DNA from: an uncultured Methanosarcinales archaeon
Lineage (GTDB): Archaea > Nanobdellota > Nanobdellia > Woesearchaeales > UBA12501
Reading direction: 5' to 3'
Length of the DNA stretch: 64,000 nucleotides
NCBI GenBank assembly: GCA_964397315.1
Contig: CAYNHV010000002.1
Location: 23,167 to 87,166, forward strand
In this document: positions 21,143 to 30,474 of the stretch, piece after piece
How the letters are laid out: the number at the start of each line of letters is the position of its first letter
Position numbering within the stretch: the first letter of the stretch is position 1
The notes under the pieces: model-generated
Databases searched by the model: none
What the model saw: only the letters and a program-made list of their open reading frames with translations
What the model was told of the DNA's origin: nothing
Position numbers and translations under genes: made by a program

Positions 21143-22504
21143 TCAGCACTCCCTGCATCCGCATCCTTTTCCGGCAGCACAGGGATTTTCCTCTATAAGC
21201 GCCTTGTGAAGGGCCAGGACAGTGTTGTCAGCATCCTCATCCCCGACAATGAAGCTGAGATTTACCTGGGATGCTCCCTGTGATATCATCTCCACCCTGA
21301 TGTCCTCCATGCCGCAAACAGTAAATATTTTTCCCGCCACTCCGGGCAGGTGTTTCATGCCTTTTCCTATGACGCAGATTATCGCCATGTCCTCCTTCAC
21401 CTCAACCTTGCCTATTCTTTCAATCTCCTCAACAGCATGGCTGAGATTTTCCGTATTGTCCACAGTGACTGAGACTGAGACCTCTGAGGTTGATATCATG
21501 TCAATGATAATCCTGTGCCTGTTGAATATCTCAAACACCCTTGCCAGGAAGCCGTGGGCTCCAAGCATTCTTGAGGACACTATTCTCATTATTGTCACAT
21601 TCTTTTTTGAGGAGACTGCCTTGAACACCTCCTGCTTCTCCGGCTTTTTTCTTATGACTGTTCCCTGATGGCCGTGGTTGTGGGTGTTCATCACAACAAC
21701 AGGGATATCCTTCTCCATCGCAGGAAGGAGTGTTTTCGGATGCACAACCTTGGCTCCGAAGTAGGCCAGCTCTGATGCCTCTGCGAATGATATCTCCCTT
21801 ATTGATCTCGCGTTTTCAACAATCTTAGGGTCTGCGCTCATTATTCCGTCAACATCAGTCCATATCTGTATCTCCTCTGCCCCTATCGCAGCTCCCAGCA
21901 CTGAGGCAGTGAGGTCTGACCCTCCCCTTCCAAGGGTGGTGATGTCTCCCCTGCGGTCTTTTGCAATGAATCCTGTCACCACATTGACTATTCCCTTTTC
22001 AGCAAGCAGGGAGTTCTTCTTCAGGCTTTCGTAAGTGCAGCTCTCAATCCCTGCATCAGTGGATCCGGAGTCTGTCCTGAATCCTATGTCATAGGCGGCA
22101 AGGGCCCTTGAGGTTATGCCCTCTTTTGAGAGGAAAGCGGCAACTATCCTGGAGGACATTCTCTCCCCGAATGACTGCACAAGGTCAAGCATCCTCTTGT
22201 TCAGCCCGCTCTCTGAGATCTCTGCAAGCGCTTCCCTGAGTTCCCTGAGCTCGCTGTCCACCAGCCCCTGCTCAAGGCCAAGCTCCCTTATTATTCTGCT
22301 GTGTTTCTCCTCAATTTCTGAGCAGTCCGCCTTTCCCTTTTCAGCCTGCCTGGCCTCGCTTATGAGCATGTCAGTGGTGCCTCCTGTTGCTGACACCACC
22401 ACTATTGGATTCCTGTCAAGCCTGGAGCTTATGATGTCCCTGACATTCTTTATTGATTCTGCGCTGCCTACAGAAGTCCCCCCAAACTTCATGACTATTG
22501 CCAT
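21143..22504 (-). CDS. lysC: Aspartate kinase
   Basis: N-terminal MKFGGTSV; amino-acid kinase fold; two C-terminal ACT domains; 453 aa. Confidence 0.9.
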   Translation of the reverse strand: MAIVMKFGGTSVGSAESIKNVRDIISSRLDRNPIVVVSATGGTTDMLISEARQAEKGKADCSEIEEKHSRIIRELGLEQGLVDSELRELREALAEISESGLNKRMLDLVQSFGERMSSRIVAAFLSKEGITSRALAAYDIGFRTDSGSTDAGIESCTYESLKKNSLLAEKGIVNVVTGFIAKDRRGDITTLGRGGSDLTASVLGAAIGAEEIQIWTDVDGIMSADPKIVENARSIREISFAEASELAYFGAKVVHPKTLLPAMEKDIPVVVMNTHNHGHQGTVIRKKPEKQEVFKAVSSKKNVTIMRIVSSRMLGAHGFLARVFEIFNRHRIIIDMISTSEVSVSVTVDNTENLSHAVEEIERIGKVEVKEDMAIICVIGKGMKHLPGVAGKIFTVCGMEDIRVEMISQGASQVNLSFIVGDEDADNTVLALHKALIEENPCAAGKGCGCREC

Positions 22505-22643
22505 TCAGCCTGAGGAAAGTTGTGATTTTTATAAAGTTAACTGCGTATTTCGCAAGAAAGCAGTCTTTAGTATAGGCTATGGCATATGGCTGTTCTGCCC
22601 TGGTTCCGCAAGATTTTTAATAAGCAACCCATTATTGAGTAAC

Positions 22644-23318
22644 ATGAGGGGGAAAAAACAGCCTGACAATCCCAGGCACGTGGATGTCCTTATTGAGATA
22701 GCGAAGCACGGCCTTGATGAGGAGACACGGCTTTCCACATCCAGAATTGCAGAAGCGACAGGCATGAGCCAGCAGTCCGCCTCAAGGATAATGCAGGAGA
22801 TGGAAAAGAAAGGCTTTCTGAGCAGGAAAGTTTTCATAGACGGACAGCTGATAACAATAACAAGGAAAGGAAAGGAAACATTAAAACAAAGGCATGAGGA
22901 ATTAAGCTCAATATTCTCAGCAAAAAAGATTGAATTGACAGGAAAACTAGTGACAGGCATCGGCCAAGGCGGTTATTTTGTGGGCCTGAAAGGCTACAAG
23001 AAACAGTTCAGCAACAAACTCAATTTCATACCTTACGCAGGAACACTCAACCTTAAAGTGGATAAACAAACTGGCAGAGCAGTAAGGCAGATCTCAAACT
23101 TCCTGCTGATTGAGGGATTCTCCACAAAGAAAAAGACATTTGGCGGTTTAAAATGCTCAAAGGCAAAGCTTGAGATAAAGGGGAAAAATGTTTTAGGGGC
23201 TGTTATACTTCCTTTCAGGACAGTGCATGGTGATGATATTGTTGAGGTAATCGCGCCGGATTTTCTAAGGGAAAAATATAACATGAAGGATGGGGAGGTG
23301 ATGAGGGTTCTGGTTTAG
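22644..23318 (+). CDS. ribK: CTP-dependent riboflavin kinase (archaeal RibK) fused to an N-terminal winged HTH
   Basis: LTGKLVTGIGQGGYFVG...FIPYAGTLNL...GDDIVEVIAP matches the archaeal RibK family. Start set at ATG 22644 (MRGKKQ). The long upstream ORF extension runs antisense to lysC and was discarded. Confidence 0.7.
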   Translation: MRGKKQPDNPRHVDVLIEIAKHGLDEETRLSTSRIAEATGMSQQSASRIMQEMEKKGFLSRKVFIDGQLITITRKGKETLKQRHEELSSIFSAKKIELTGKLVTGIGQGGYFVGLKGYKKQFSNKLNFIPYAGTLNLKVDKQTGRAVRQISNFLLIEGFSTKKKTFGGLKCSKAKLEIKGKNVLGAVILPFRTVHGDDIVEVIAPDFLREKYNMKDGEVMRVLV

Positions 23319-23674
23319 TATCTGACAGGTGCATAATTTATCAGGCTTCTCCAGAATATTCTCATGTCACCTTTTTCAGGAACTTGATTGCGGAATATCT
23401 CATGATTCCTGAAATCCTGCTTCACGTGCTGCTCTAAAGCATCAGCCGGTCCATCACCATACATCTCTCTTATTATGCGGATAAACCATGTATTGTGTAA
23501 TTTTTCAACGTGCCTGTATTTCCTTGCTCCAGTGATATCATCCACATAATTGAATTCTCCGTCAGAATCCCTGCCTTTTATGCCTGCATAACAATCGATG
23601 AGCTCATGGAATGGCCCATACTCCTCTCCAAATGTCCTCATGCTCTGTTCGCAGTGCTCGCCTGTTGTGCTCAT
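23315..23674 (-). CDS. Hypothetical protein (119 aa)
   Basis: ORF only; last gene of a co-oriented cluster. Confidence 0.35.
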   Translation of the reverse strand: MSTTGEHCEQSMRTFGEEYGPFHELIDCYAGIKGRDSDGEFNYVDDITGARKYRHVEKLHNTWFIRIIREMYGDGPADALEQHVKQDFRNHEIFRNQVPEKGDMRIFWRSLINYAPVRY

Positions 23675-23716
23675 TGTATTTGCAGACTGATGTCAATATT
23701 GTGATGCCTCAATAAA

Positions 23717-24475
23717 CTAACGCCATCCAGCATACTCCTCTCCTAATTTTTCGCCTCTGAACACTCTTGTTTCTTTCACAATCTTTTTCTTCCTCTCTCC
23801 CAATCCTGATATTGCCTGGCTTATCTCAAGTGTCTTTGATAAGCTGGAGATTTGTTCCATTATATCCTCAAGCCTTTCCTTCGCCAGCTCTGCAAAAGGA
23901 AAACTTACATAAAAGTACTGTTCCTGCTCAATCTTCTCATACTCCATAACATATATATCATGCCATTCAGACTCATAGCCTTTGCAACCATACTCTGACC
24001 TTTCAGTTGTCTCTGTTCCTACTCTCACCTCTGGTCCAAGCTCAAAAGGCTCTTTGTCTATCACCTCATATTTTGACTCAAGCACCTGAAGCAGATAAGG
24101 TATGCTCGCTTCAGTCTCTGCAATCGATATAAGGCCCTTGTAGACATCACTCTTTAAACCAACCTCACTTTTGATTGCTGAATCGATGTATGGAATCAAA
24201 TCTTCATCAGCATTCCCGCTATTTATCTTTCCGCCCAGCCTGTCAACAACTGTTTCTGGGGTGTCAATACCATATCTCTTATCCTTCCGCAGTATTGTTT
24301 TATGCTTCCTGAAAAGATATTTTACAACATCAACATCACTGCAGTGAGGATCGTCAAGCCTGTCCTCTATGCTTCCCGTCTGTATTCCGAAGAATCTTCC
24401 ATTTCCAAAGAGTTTCTTTTTTGGTTTGATTATGTTTATTGTTGGCATTATTATCCCCCCTAATGTTTCCATCAT
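23717..24475 (-). CDS. Hypothetical protein (252 aa)
   Basis: ORF whose start overlaps the stop of the upstream 289-aa gene by 4 nt. No recognisable motifs. Confidence 0.45.
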   Translation of the reverse strand: MMETLGGIIMPTINIIKPKKKLFGNGRFFGIQTGSIEDRLDDPHCSDVDVVKYLFRKHKTILRKDKRYGIDTPETVVDRLGGKINSGNADEDLIPYIDSAIKSEVGLKSDVYKGLISIAETEASIPYLLQVLESKYEVIDKEPFELGPEVRVGTETTERSEYGCKGYESEWHDIYVMEYEKIEQEQYFYVSFPFAELAKERLEDIMEQISSLSKTLEISQAISGLGERKKKIVKETRVFRGEKLGEEYAGWR

Positions 24476-25341
24476 TTTGCGAAATATTCAGCAATCGCAT
24501 AGACTGCTCCAGATGCTGCTCCTGCAATCGCAAGCCCTGTAAGAGTTGCTTTGATTGGATGCAGTCTTGCCCAAATCTTTATATTAGGATAACCCAGTTC
24601 ATAGCCTGCTCTTTTGATAGCTTCATCAAGAGAGGTTATATCTCGTAAGTTTCCACCATATATCTTTTTCAGATGCTCTTCATCAAGCTTTGTCCCTCGC
24701 ATGAGCTCGTCAACAAGGAACTGGTCGCCTTTCTTCAGATAAATGCTCAAGATCTCTCTTGTCAGATTATCCTCAACTGTCCTGTAAAGCATTTCCATGT
24801 CCTTTGTTGCTTTTTCAACTCTGGGTATGTTCTCTTCTATTGGCTCGTCCTTGAAATCATCGATTGTTACCAATTCGCCTGTGACTCTGTGGTAAGGCTT
24901 CATATTGAAGTCATGGGTCCATACAGGCCCAACATACTCCTCATGCTCTCCGACCTTGACTTTTTTAGTTATAGGCGGCCTCATTTCTGAAGATAATTTT
25001 TCAACCCATGTTTTTAGGTCAGAATAAAGTTCTTCCTTAGGCATTTTCAGGGCTTTTCCTGCAGCATATCTTGCGCTGTACCAATCAGATGAATTATACA
25101 TCTGCTTCAGTTCAGCTTTTGCTTTTTCTCTTGTTTCTATGTCTGGTTTTGTAACATCTGGTGTGCCTTCAATATAAACATCTATTATTGTATCACAAGA
25201 GCCTCCTCTTGTACCTACATGATCTTCTTTCCAGTAACCTTCTGTTCCTTTTTCAACTGAAATAATTGCAGACAAATCTCTTCTCAGAGCTTCAACTGCC
25301 TTCAAATTATTTTCCAAAGTATTCTGGTCTTCTTTCCCCAT
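24472..25341 (-). CDS. Hypothetical protein with a C-terminal TM anchor (289 aa)
   Basis: C-terminal hydrophobic helix LTGLAIAGAASGAVYAIAEYF; overlaps both neighbouring genes. Confidence 0.45.
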   Translation of the reverse strand: MGKEDQNTLENNLKAVEALRRDLSAIISVEKGTEGYWKEDHVGTRGGSCDTIIDVYIEGTPDVTKPDIETREKAKAELKQMYNSSDWYSARYAAGKALKMPKEELYSDLKTWVEKLSSEMRPPITKKVKVGEHEEYVGPVWTHDFNMKPYHRVTGELVTIDDFKDEPIEENIPRVEKATKDMEMLYRTVEDNLTREILSIYLKKGDQFLVDELMRGTKLDEEHLKKIYGGNLRDITSLDEAIKRAGYELGYPNIKIWARLHPIKATLTGLAIAGAASGAVYAIAEYFAK

Positions 25342-25765
25342 CTCTATCCTCTCCGCATCTTTTCAAATGATTCAAAACATAAAGCTCTGGATTCACATGA
25401 TATCTTGCCACTTCCTGCTGTATTATTTCTGTGTCTCTAAAACGCCTGTAAAAGCTTGCCGCAATCTTCTTTGCTCTATGCCCTGAGAAAATCTCATTAA
25501 CAATTGTGCTTGAAGTCCCTTCTTTCAGATCGATCTCATACACTATGACCTGTGAATCTCCATCAATCCCTTCCTTAAAATCTCCGAATTCAACAAGATA
25601 AGACAGCTCTGAATTCCCCCTCAGTGCGTGCGCCATAAGAAACTCCTTTGTCTGGTACACCTGCTCTTTTCCCGTATGCCTCACTGGAACAAACTTGTCC
25701 TCTCTCCCATTATTCTTTTTATCCAGTATTACATCTATTATTTTTTTCAGGTTTTCATCTGTCAT
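25307..25765 (-). CDS. Hypothetical protein (152 aa)
   Basis: First structural gene of the cluster, 12 nt downstream of the Lrp-family gene. Confidence 0.45.
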   Translation of the reverse strand: MTDENLKKIIDVILDKKNNGREDKFVPVRHTGKEQVYQTKEFLMAHALRGNSELSYLVEFGDFKEGIDGDSQVIVYEIDLKEGTSSTIVNEIFSGHRAKKIAASFYRRFRDTEIIQQEVARYHVNPELYVLNHLKRCGEDRDGERRPEYFGK

Positions 25766-25777
25766 TTTAAGACCTCC

Positions 25778-26212
25778 TTAAGGCACAAACATTTCCTTCC
25801 CCTCTGTCTTGAGTATCTGGAATGATGTTATCTCAAGAGGAAACTTCATCTTCAGCTCATCAAGCCATGTGATAAACTCAAAATGATTCCTGCAAACAAC
25901 CTCAACTAAAAAACTGTAATCTGAGTTTGTTGAATATATTGAATTCACTTGCTTCTGTTGCTTCAAAAAATCCAAAAGCATCTTTTTCTTCTCTCTTGCA
26001 ACCTTTAATGCAATCATCTGGTTTGAGTTATAGCCAAGCTTTGCATAATCAAGCAATGAAGATCTTTTCATAACATACTTCTGCTCTATCTTCCTTATCC
26101 TGTCAGCAACAGTTGATATGGGAACTCCAAGCTCTCTTGCAATCGCTGATATGTTCACCCTTTTCCCTTCTCTTAGATGTTTGATTATCTCTTTCTCATT
26201 GATCTTAATCAC
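25778..26212 (-). CDS. Lrp/AsnC-family transcriptional regulator
   Basis: HTH ISAIARELGVPISTVADRIRKIEQ plus a C-terminal RAM-like domain; 144 aa. Confidence 0.6.
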   Translation of the reverse strand: MIKINEKEIIKHLREGKRVNISAIARELGVPISTVADRIRKIEQKYVMKRSSLLDYAKLGYNSNQMIALKVAREKKKMLLDFLKQQKQVNSIYSTNSDYSFLVEVVCRNHFEFITWLDELKMKFPLEITSFQILKTEGKEMFVP

Positions 26213-26217
26213 CTTTT

Positions 26218-27324
26218 TCAGTCCATCTTGTGATAAAAGTCATTGACTTCCTGTTCTGCAGTCTTTCCTATAAAGCCAAAGCCGTCAAGGTCTCTCATGT
26301 CCCAATGAGTGTCCCAGAAGTATATTCCGGCACACCAATCCTGGTTGAAGAACGCTTCCAGCATTGCATTATAGCAGTCTGCCTGCTCCTGCTCATCAAC
26401 ATCTCTTGTAGAAGCCTCCCAAGGCGTTATGTTTGAGCCGTCATAACTCTGATAGCCCACTTCAGTTATCATTATCTGTTTTCCATTCAATTCAGAAAAA
26501 TCCTTGAGCTCCTGAGCCACTCCCTGCACAGCTGTCTCCAACTGCTCAGGTGTTGGATCAAAACTGGATGTCAGTGGAAAATATGCATCAACACCAATAT
26601 AATCCACTTTTTCCCAGAAAGGCACATCCTGATAACTGTCCCAATTTGCTCCATAAACAATCTCTCCTGAATAGACATCTCTTACATTGTCAATTATATC
26701 ATTCCATTCCGGCCTTTGCTCTGTTCCTGAAAGCTCTGTTCCAATAACAAGAACATCAACACCATTTGCCTCTGCAATCTCTGCATAATGCATTATGAAA
26801 TTGTTGTAGTTTTCAAACCATGCTGCCCAGTCTGCCTCATTGTCAAAGCTTATCTGGCCTCTCCATCCTGACAATGGATCCACATGAGGCTTTAGAACAG
26901 TCCTTAATCCTCTTGATTTGACATCCGCAATGACATCCTCAAGGCCTGAATCAAGAGGGGTCTTTGTTGCATCAGAGTATATCTCTGTGGAGGTAGGTGT
27001 TTCCTGGTACCATGTTGTCAATAAGGATATTGATTCAACTCCCAATGAGCATAGCTTATCAAGCGTATTTCCTATATTGCTGTTGAGATAGTCATTGTAC
27101 CACCATGATGTCAGGTTGATGCCTTCATGCATGTTAAGATTCTTTATAGGATCCTCTGGTGGTGGAGGCAGCTCAAGAGGGTCATAATCTTCCTGAGTCT
27201 GGCTTTTGCCTGAATCTGAACCTGCGCTTCCTCCTCCGCAGGCCGGCGCAAATGCAAGATTAAGAGCAAGCGCTCCTGCACAAACATATTTTGATAAATT
27301 CTTTACTTTTTTTGACGAACTCAT
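26218..27324 (-). CDS. Secreted clan GH-A glycoside hydrolase lipoprotein (GH5/GH113-like beta-mannanase fold)
   Basis: Lipobox ...LAFAPACGG. Catalytic acid/base region VIGTELSG (NEP-like) and nucleophile ITEVGYQS. 368 aa. Confidence 0.65.
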   Translation of the reverse strand: MSSSKKVKNLSKYVCAGALALNLAFAPACGGGSAGSDSGKSQTQEDYDPLELPPPPEDPIKNLNMHEGINLTSWWYNDYLNSNIGNTLDKLCSLGVESISLLTTWYQETPTSTEIYSDATKTPLDSGLEDVIADVKSRGLRTVLKPHVDPLSGWRGQISFDNEADWAAWFENYNNFIMHYAEIAEANGVDVLVIGTELSGTEQRPEWNDIIDNVRDVYSGEIVYGANWDSYQDVPFWEKVDYIGVDAYFPLTSSFDPTPEQLETAVQGVAQELKDFSELNGKQIMITEVGYQSYDGSNITPWEASTRDVDEQEQADCYNAMLEAFFNQDWCAGIYFWDTHWDMRDLDGFGFIGKTAEQEVNDFYHKMD

Positions 27325-27339
27325 TTTTTTGCCCCATAT

Positions 27340-28104
27340 TTATTTCTCAAAAACATATCTTATGCCCAAAGATCCAACCCATGTGTTGATTGTTGCATCA
27401 TTGCCGTCAAAATCCAGTTTGTTCATCTCTTTTGCCAGGTTAAAATAGGCAGAAGTATTGTCAGTGAACCTCAGGCCGAGCGAACTGCCAAAGCTTATTC
27501 CTGTGCCGCTTGCATGTGTCTCTCTGCCAGCCTCAAAATGCCCATATCTGTCCCATCCTGTGACGATTGTATATCCGCTGTGAGGAAATCCCACTTCGCC
27601 TCTCAAGGTGATAAAATCAAAGACCTCTCCTTCAATTCCCACAAAAGGCGTGTAGGTGAATGGATCAGGAATCAGTTTTGTATAAGAATAGGATTCGTAA
27701 GGCGAAGGCAATGGCTGAAGCCTAACCTCATAAATTCCTGACCTGTATCCTTCAGGATCTGATGCTGATACAGGGTTGTATCTTGCCTTTACTCCTGCAA
27801 CAAGCTTCAGCATCTCCAGACCAACACTGCCCTCTAATCCCAAAGTCAATGCTGGGCTTCCTACACCATCGATGTCTGCTGTTGCCTCTCCTCTTGATGA
27901 TCCTCCATCCTGGCTGTGTATTGGTGTTGTCTGCGCTTCATCACCCTCAACCGTATAGCTTGCATAGTCAAGCTGCGCTGTGAATCCCACGCCTGCATGC
28001 AGATCAGTCTTTTTCTTGCCTGCTGCAAAAGCAGGTGTCGCTGCAATAATCCCTGCAGCGATTAATGCTGCAATCTTTGATTTCAAGCTCATTTTTACCT
28101 CCAT
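27340..28104 (-). CDS. Secreted protein with beta-barrel-like features
   Basis: N-terminal signal peptide (AALIAAGIIAATPAFAAG). Alternating amphipathic strands and a C-terminus ending ...GIRYVFEK (aromatic near the end). Confidence 0.45.
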   Translation of the reverse strand: MEVKMSLKSKIAALIAAGIIAATPAFAAGKKKTDLHAGVGFTAQLDYASYTVEGDEAQTTPIHSQDGGSSRGEATADIDGVGSPALTLGLEGSVGLEMLKLVAGVKARYNPVSASDPEGYRSGIYEVRLQPLPSPYESYSYTKLIPDPFTYTPFVGIEGEVFDFITLRGEVGFPHSGYTIVTGWDRYGHFEAGRETHASGTGISFGSSLGLRFTDNTSAYFNLAKEMNKLDFDGNDATINTWVGSLGIRYVFEK

Positions 28105-28147
28105 AACTCATGCTATCTCAATCAAGTATTAAGCCATATTTTACAGA

Positions 28148-28681
28148 CTAAAACTCATGCTTTACATAACTGCACAGTTCATAACCCATCTCACTGAGTT
28201 TTCCCCTGACATTGAACAATGTTGATTCCACTGGAACAACAATGCCTCTAACAGAGTTTCCTGCCCCCACAAGAGAGTCTACGCAGTTCATTATTGTCCC
28301 TCCTGTCCTAATCTCGTCATCCGTAAGCAGAACCCTGCTGTTTTTTGGAAGATTGTAGATGTAGATGTCTGGATTTGCACTGTGCTCTTCAACAAAATGT
28401 ATCTTGTTCTCAATGTCAAGATTTGCTTTATATGCAACACGCAGCGGCAAACCAGTAATTATTGAAACAGAAAGCCCAGGTATTATTCCTCCGGAATCAA
28501 GGCCGATAACATAATCAACATCAGAACAGTCAATATTCCCTATCAGCCTGTTCATCATCTCAAACAACTCTGTTGGATAAATAGGCTCCAATAATCCGTC
28601 AACAGGAGAGGTTATCATAAACTTCCTCTGCCCGTTATAATTGAAGCGCCTTACTTTTTGGATGGTTGCATCAAGCGTCAT
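28148..28681 (-). CDS. Type I phosphoribosyltransferase (adenine/orotate PRTase-like)
   Basis: PRPP-binding motif VLLTDDEIRTGGTIM; 177 aa. Confidence 0.7.
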   Translation of the reverse strand: MTLDATIQKVRRFNYNGQRKFMITSPVDGLLEPIYPTELFEMMNRLIGNIDCSDVDYVIGLDSGGIIPGLSVSIITGLPLRVAYKANLDIENKIHFVEEHSANPDIYIYNLPKNSRVLLTDDEIRTGGTIMNCVDSLVGAGNSVRGIVVPVESTLFNVRGKLSEMGYELCSYVKHEF

Positions 28682-28747
28682 TTTGTTCTCCGCTAATCTT
28701 ACAACTCATTACGTCAAATTAACATATATATCTATCTGATATAATTG

Positions 28748-28763
28748 ATATATCGATATATCA
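28748..28763. promoter_or_regulatory. Perfect 16-bp palindrome GATATATCGATATATC in a divergent intergenic region
   Basis: The sequence is its own reverse complement. It lies between the divergently transcribed PRTase gene and the TrmB-like regulator gene. Candidate operator. Confidence 0.35.
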
Positions 28764-29000
28764 TTTTTTTAAACTAAAGGGCAGAGCTGAAGCTACAGCT
28801 ATCAAGCATTGGATCTATGAAATCTACCCCAAATATCGCAACTTTTTTCGTGAATTTCACGGATAAAAACCTGTAAAACTCACTTATATACAACTCTCAG
28901 CAGGTAGGGAGTATAAATACATTTCCTACAAAAAAACGTTTAAATGTGTTAAAAAGAAACATTTAAATAGTCCAAAAACAATAGCAATCATAGTGTTGAT

Positions 29001-29924
29001 ATGGTGAGAGGTATGGGGCTTGGCAAGAAGTTTTTCAGCGAACTGAAGACAAGATGCAATCTTGGAGAGAAACAGATAATGATACTCAAATCGCTGGGCA
29101 ATGGTGATATGAGTGCAAAGAGAATATCCTCAAAGACAGGCATCCCATTAGGAAGGTTGTATGAATATCTCAACGAACTTCTTTACGATGGACTTATAGA
29201 AAAAAAAGGTAAGAAGCCATGCGTTTACAGCATAGATTGTATGGAAGAGAAAGTGAGAAATTTCATGAAAAAGAGATTCGACAAGGTTGTCATGGATGAG
29301 AAAAACATACTATCAGCACTGAGCAGGAAAGAGGAGAATGATCACACTGAGATAACTAACTCAAAGGAGGAATTTGTCTACACTCAGCTCAAGATGCTGA
29401 GCGCATGCAAGAAATTATACACCCTCACAAGGCATGAATCCATACCTTTCCTTATATATCCTTCAAACCATCAGAACTTCATGAAGTTCAGGAAGATGAT
29501 AATAAAAGCCAGGCCAACTCTTGCAAGCTCTTCAGAAGGCACGTCAATGATGATAAACAAGGCATATATCGACGCATACAAGAGCGGAAAATCGCTTACA
29601 GCCATAATATCAAAAAAAAGCTTTGATTTCCATTTTGAGCTCGCAAGGGATGAACTAGGCGATAAGTTCATCAATGATCTCCTGGATGATATAAAAAAGA
29701 AGATGAAAGAATATGGCATAAGGATATACCTGCTGGACGAATTTTTTCCCATGCAGATATTCATAAATGATGATACTGTGTATATATCAATAGTGCATAA
29801 AGGCGCCACTTACGGCAACATAATCTACAGCAAAGAAGCGAGCCAGCTGTACACAAATATATATGAAGGCATGCTTGAGAGATGCATGCCTCTTGAGAAA
29901 TACATAAAAAAGATTTCAATGTGA
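29001..29924 (+). CDS. TrmB-like winged-helix transcriptional regulator
   Basis: N-terminal wHTH (IMILKSLGNGDMSAKRISSKTGIPLGRLYEYLNELLYDGLIEKK) plus a C-terminal domain; 307 aa. Confidence 0.5.
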   Translation: MVRGMGLGKKFFSELKTRCNLGEKQIMILKSLGNGDMSAKRISSKTGIPLGRLYEYLNELLYDGLIEKKGKKPCVYSIDCMEEKVRNFMKKRFDKVVMDEKNILSALSRKEENDHTEITNSKEEFVYTQLKMLSACKKLYTLTRHESIPFLIYPSNHQNFMKFRKMIIKARPTLASSSEGTSMMINKAYIDAYKSGKSLTAIISKKSFDFHFELARDELGDKFINDLLDDIKKKMKEYGIRIYLLDEFFPMQIFINDDTVYISIVHKGATYGNIIYSKEASQLYTNIYEGMLERCMPLEKYIKKISM

Positions 29925-29938
29925 CAGAGCATGATTAG

Positions 29939-30403
29939 GTGGGGTGTAGAGAGAGGACAAATATGATAAGATGCATTGCAATGGATATTTATGGAACAGT
30001 TCTCGCTACTGAGGATCCTGAGGATGACTGCCCTCCAAGAAAAGGCTTCTTTGATTTCATGGAGAGATGTAACAGCCTGGATGTAAAGGTAATCTCAGCT
30101 TCTGATGGAGACCTTGACAACCTGAGGCTTGACCTTGGTGAAGTAGGTGTCGATATAAAGATATTTGATGATGTGATTAGGTTAATAGAGAACCCAAAGG
30201 ATTTCAGCAGGATATTGGTAAAGTATGGCATACTGCCTTCTGAGCTTCTTGTGATAGGCGACAACCCTATAAAGGACATGGGGGGTGCGAAAAAGATAGG
30301 CTGCGCATATTTCCAGGTTCCGCAGTATGAATCATACAATGTTGGCTGTGAATTTGATATGGGCAATATAGAGCTCAGATTCCAGCAGGTTGATAGGCAG
30401 TGA
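29939..30403 (+). CDS. Small HAD-like hydrolase (tentative)
   Basis: IAMDIYGTVL N-terminal motif and a C-terminal IGDNPIKDMGGAKKIG (HAD motif IV-like). Confidence 0.35.
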   Translation: MGCRERTNMIRCIAMDIYGTVLATEDPEDDCPPRKGFFDFMERCNSLDVKVISASDGDLDNLRLDLGEVGVDIKIFDDVIRLIENPKDFSRILVKYGILPSELLVIGDNPIKDMGGAKKIGCAYFQVPQYESYNVGCEFDMGNIELRFQQVDRQ

Positions 30404-30474
30404 TATACCAGTATATCTTTTTAGAAATATTTATATATTTCTGATGACTGATTTGCTGATGGGAGTGGAAATAT

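Noticed and set aside
22116-22643. Long N-terminal extension of the ribK ORF (total 400 aa)
   Set aside because: The extension runs antisense through the 5' part of lysC and is Ser/Leu low-complexity. A good ATG with the HTH domain starts at 22644.
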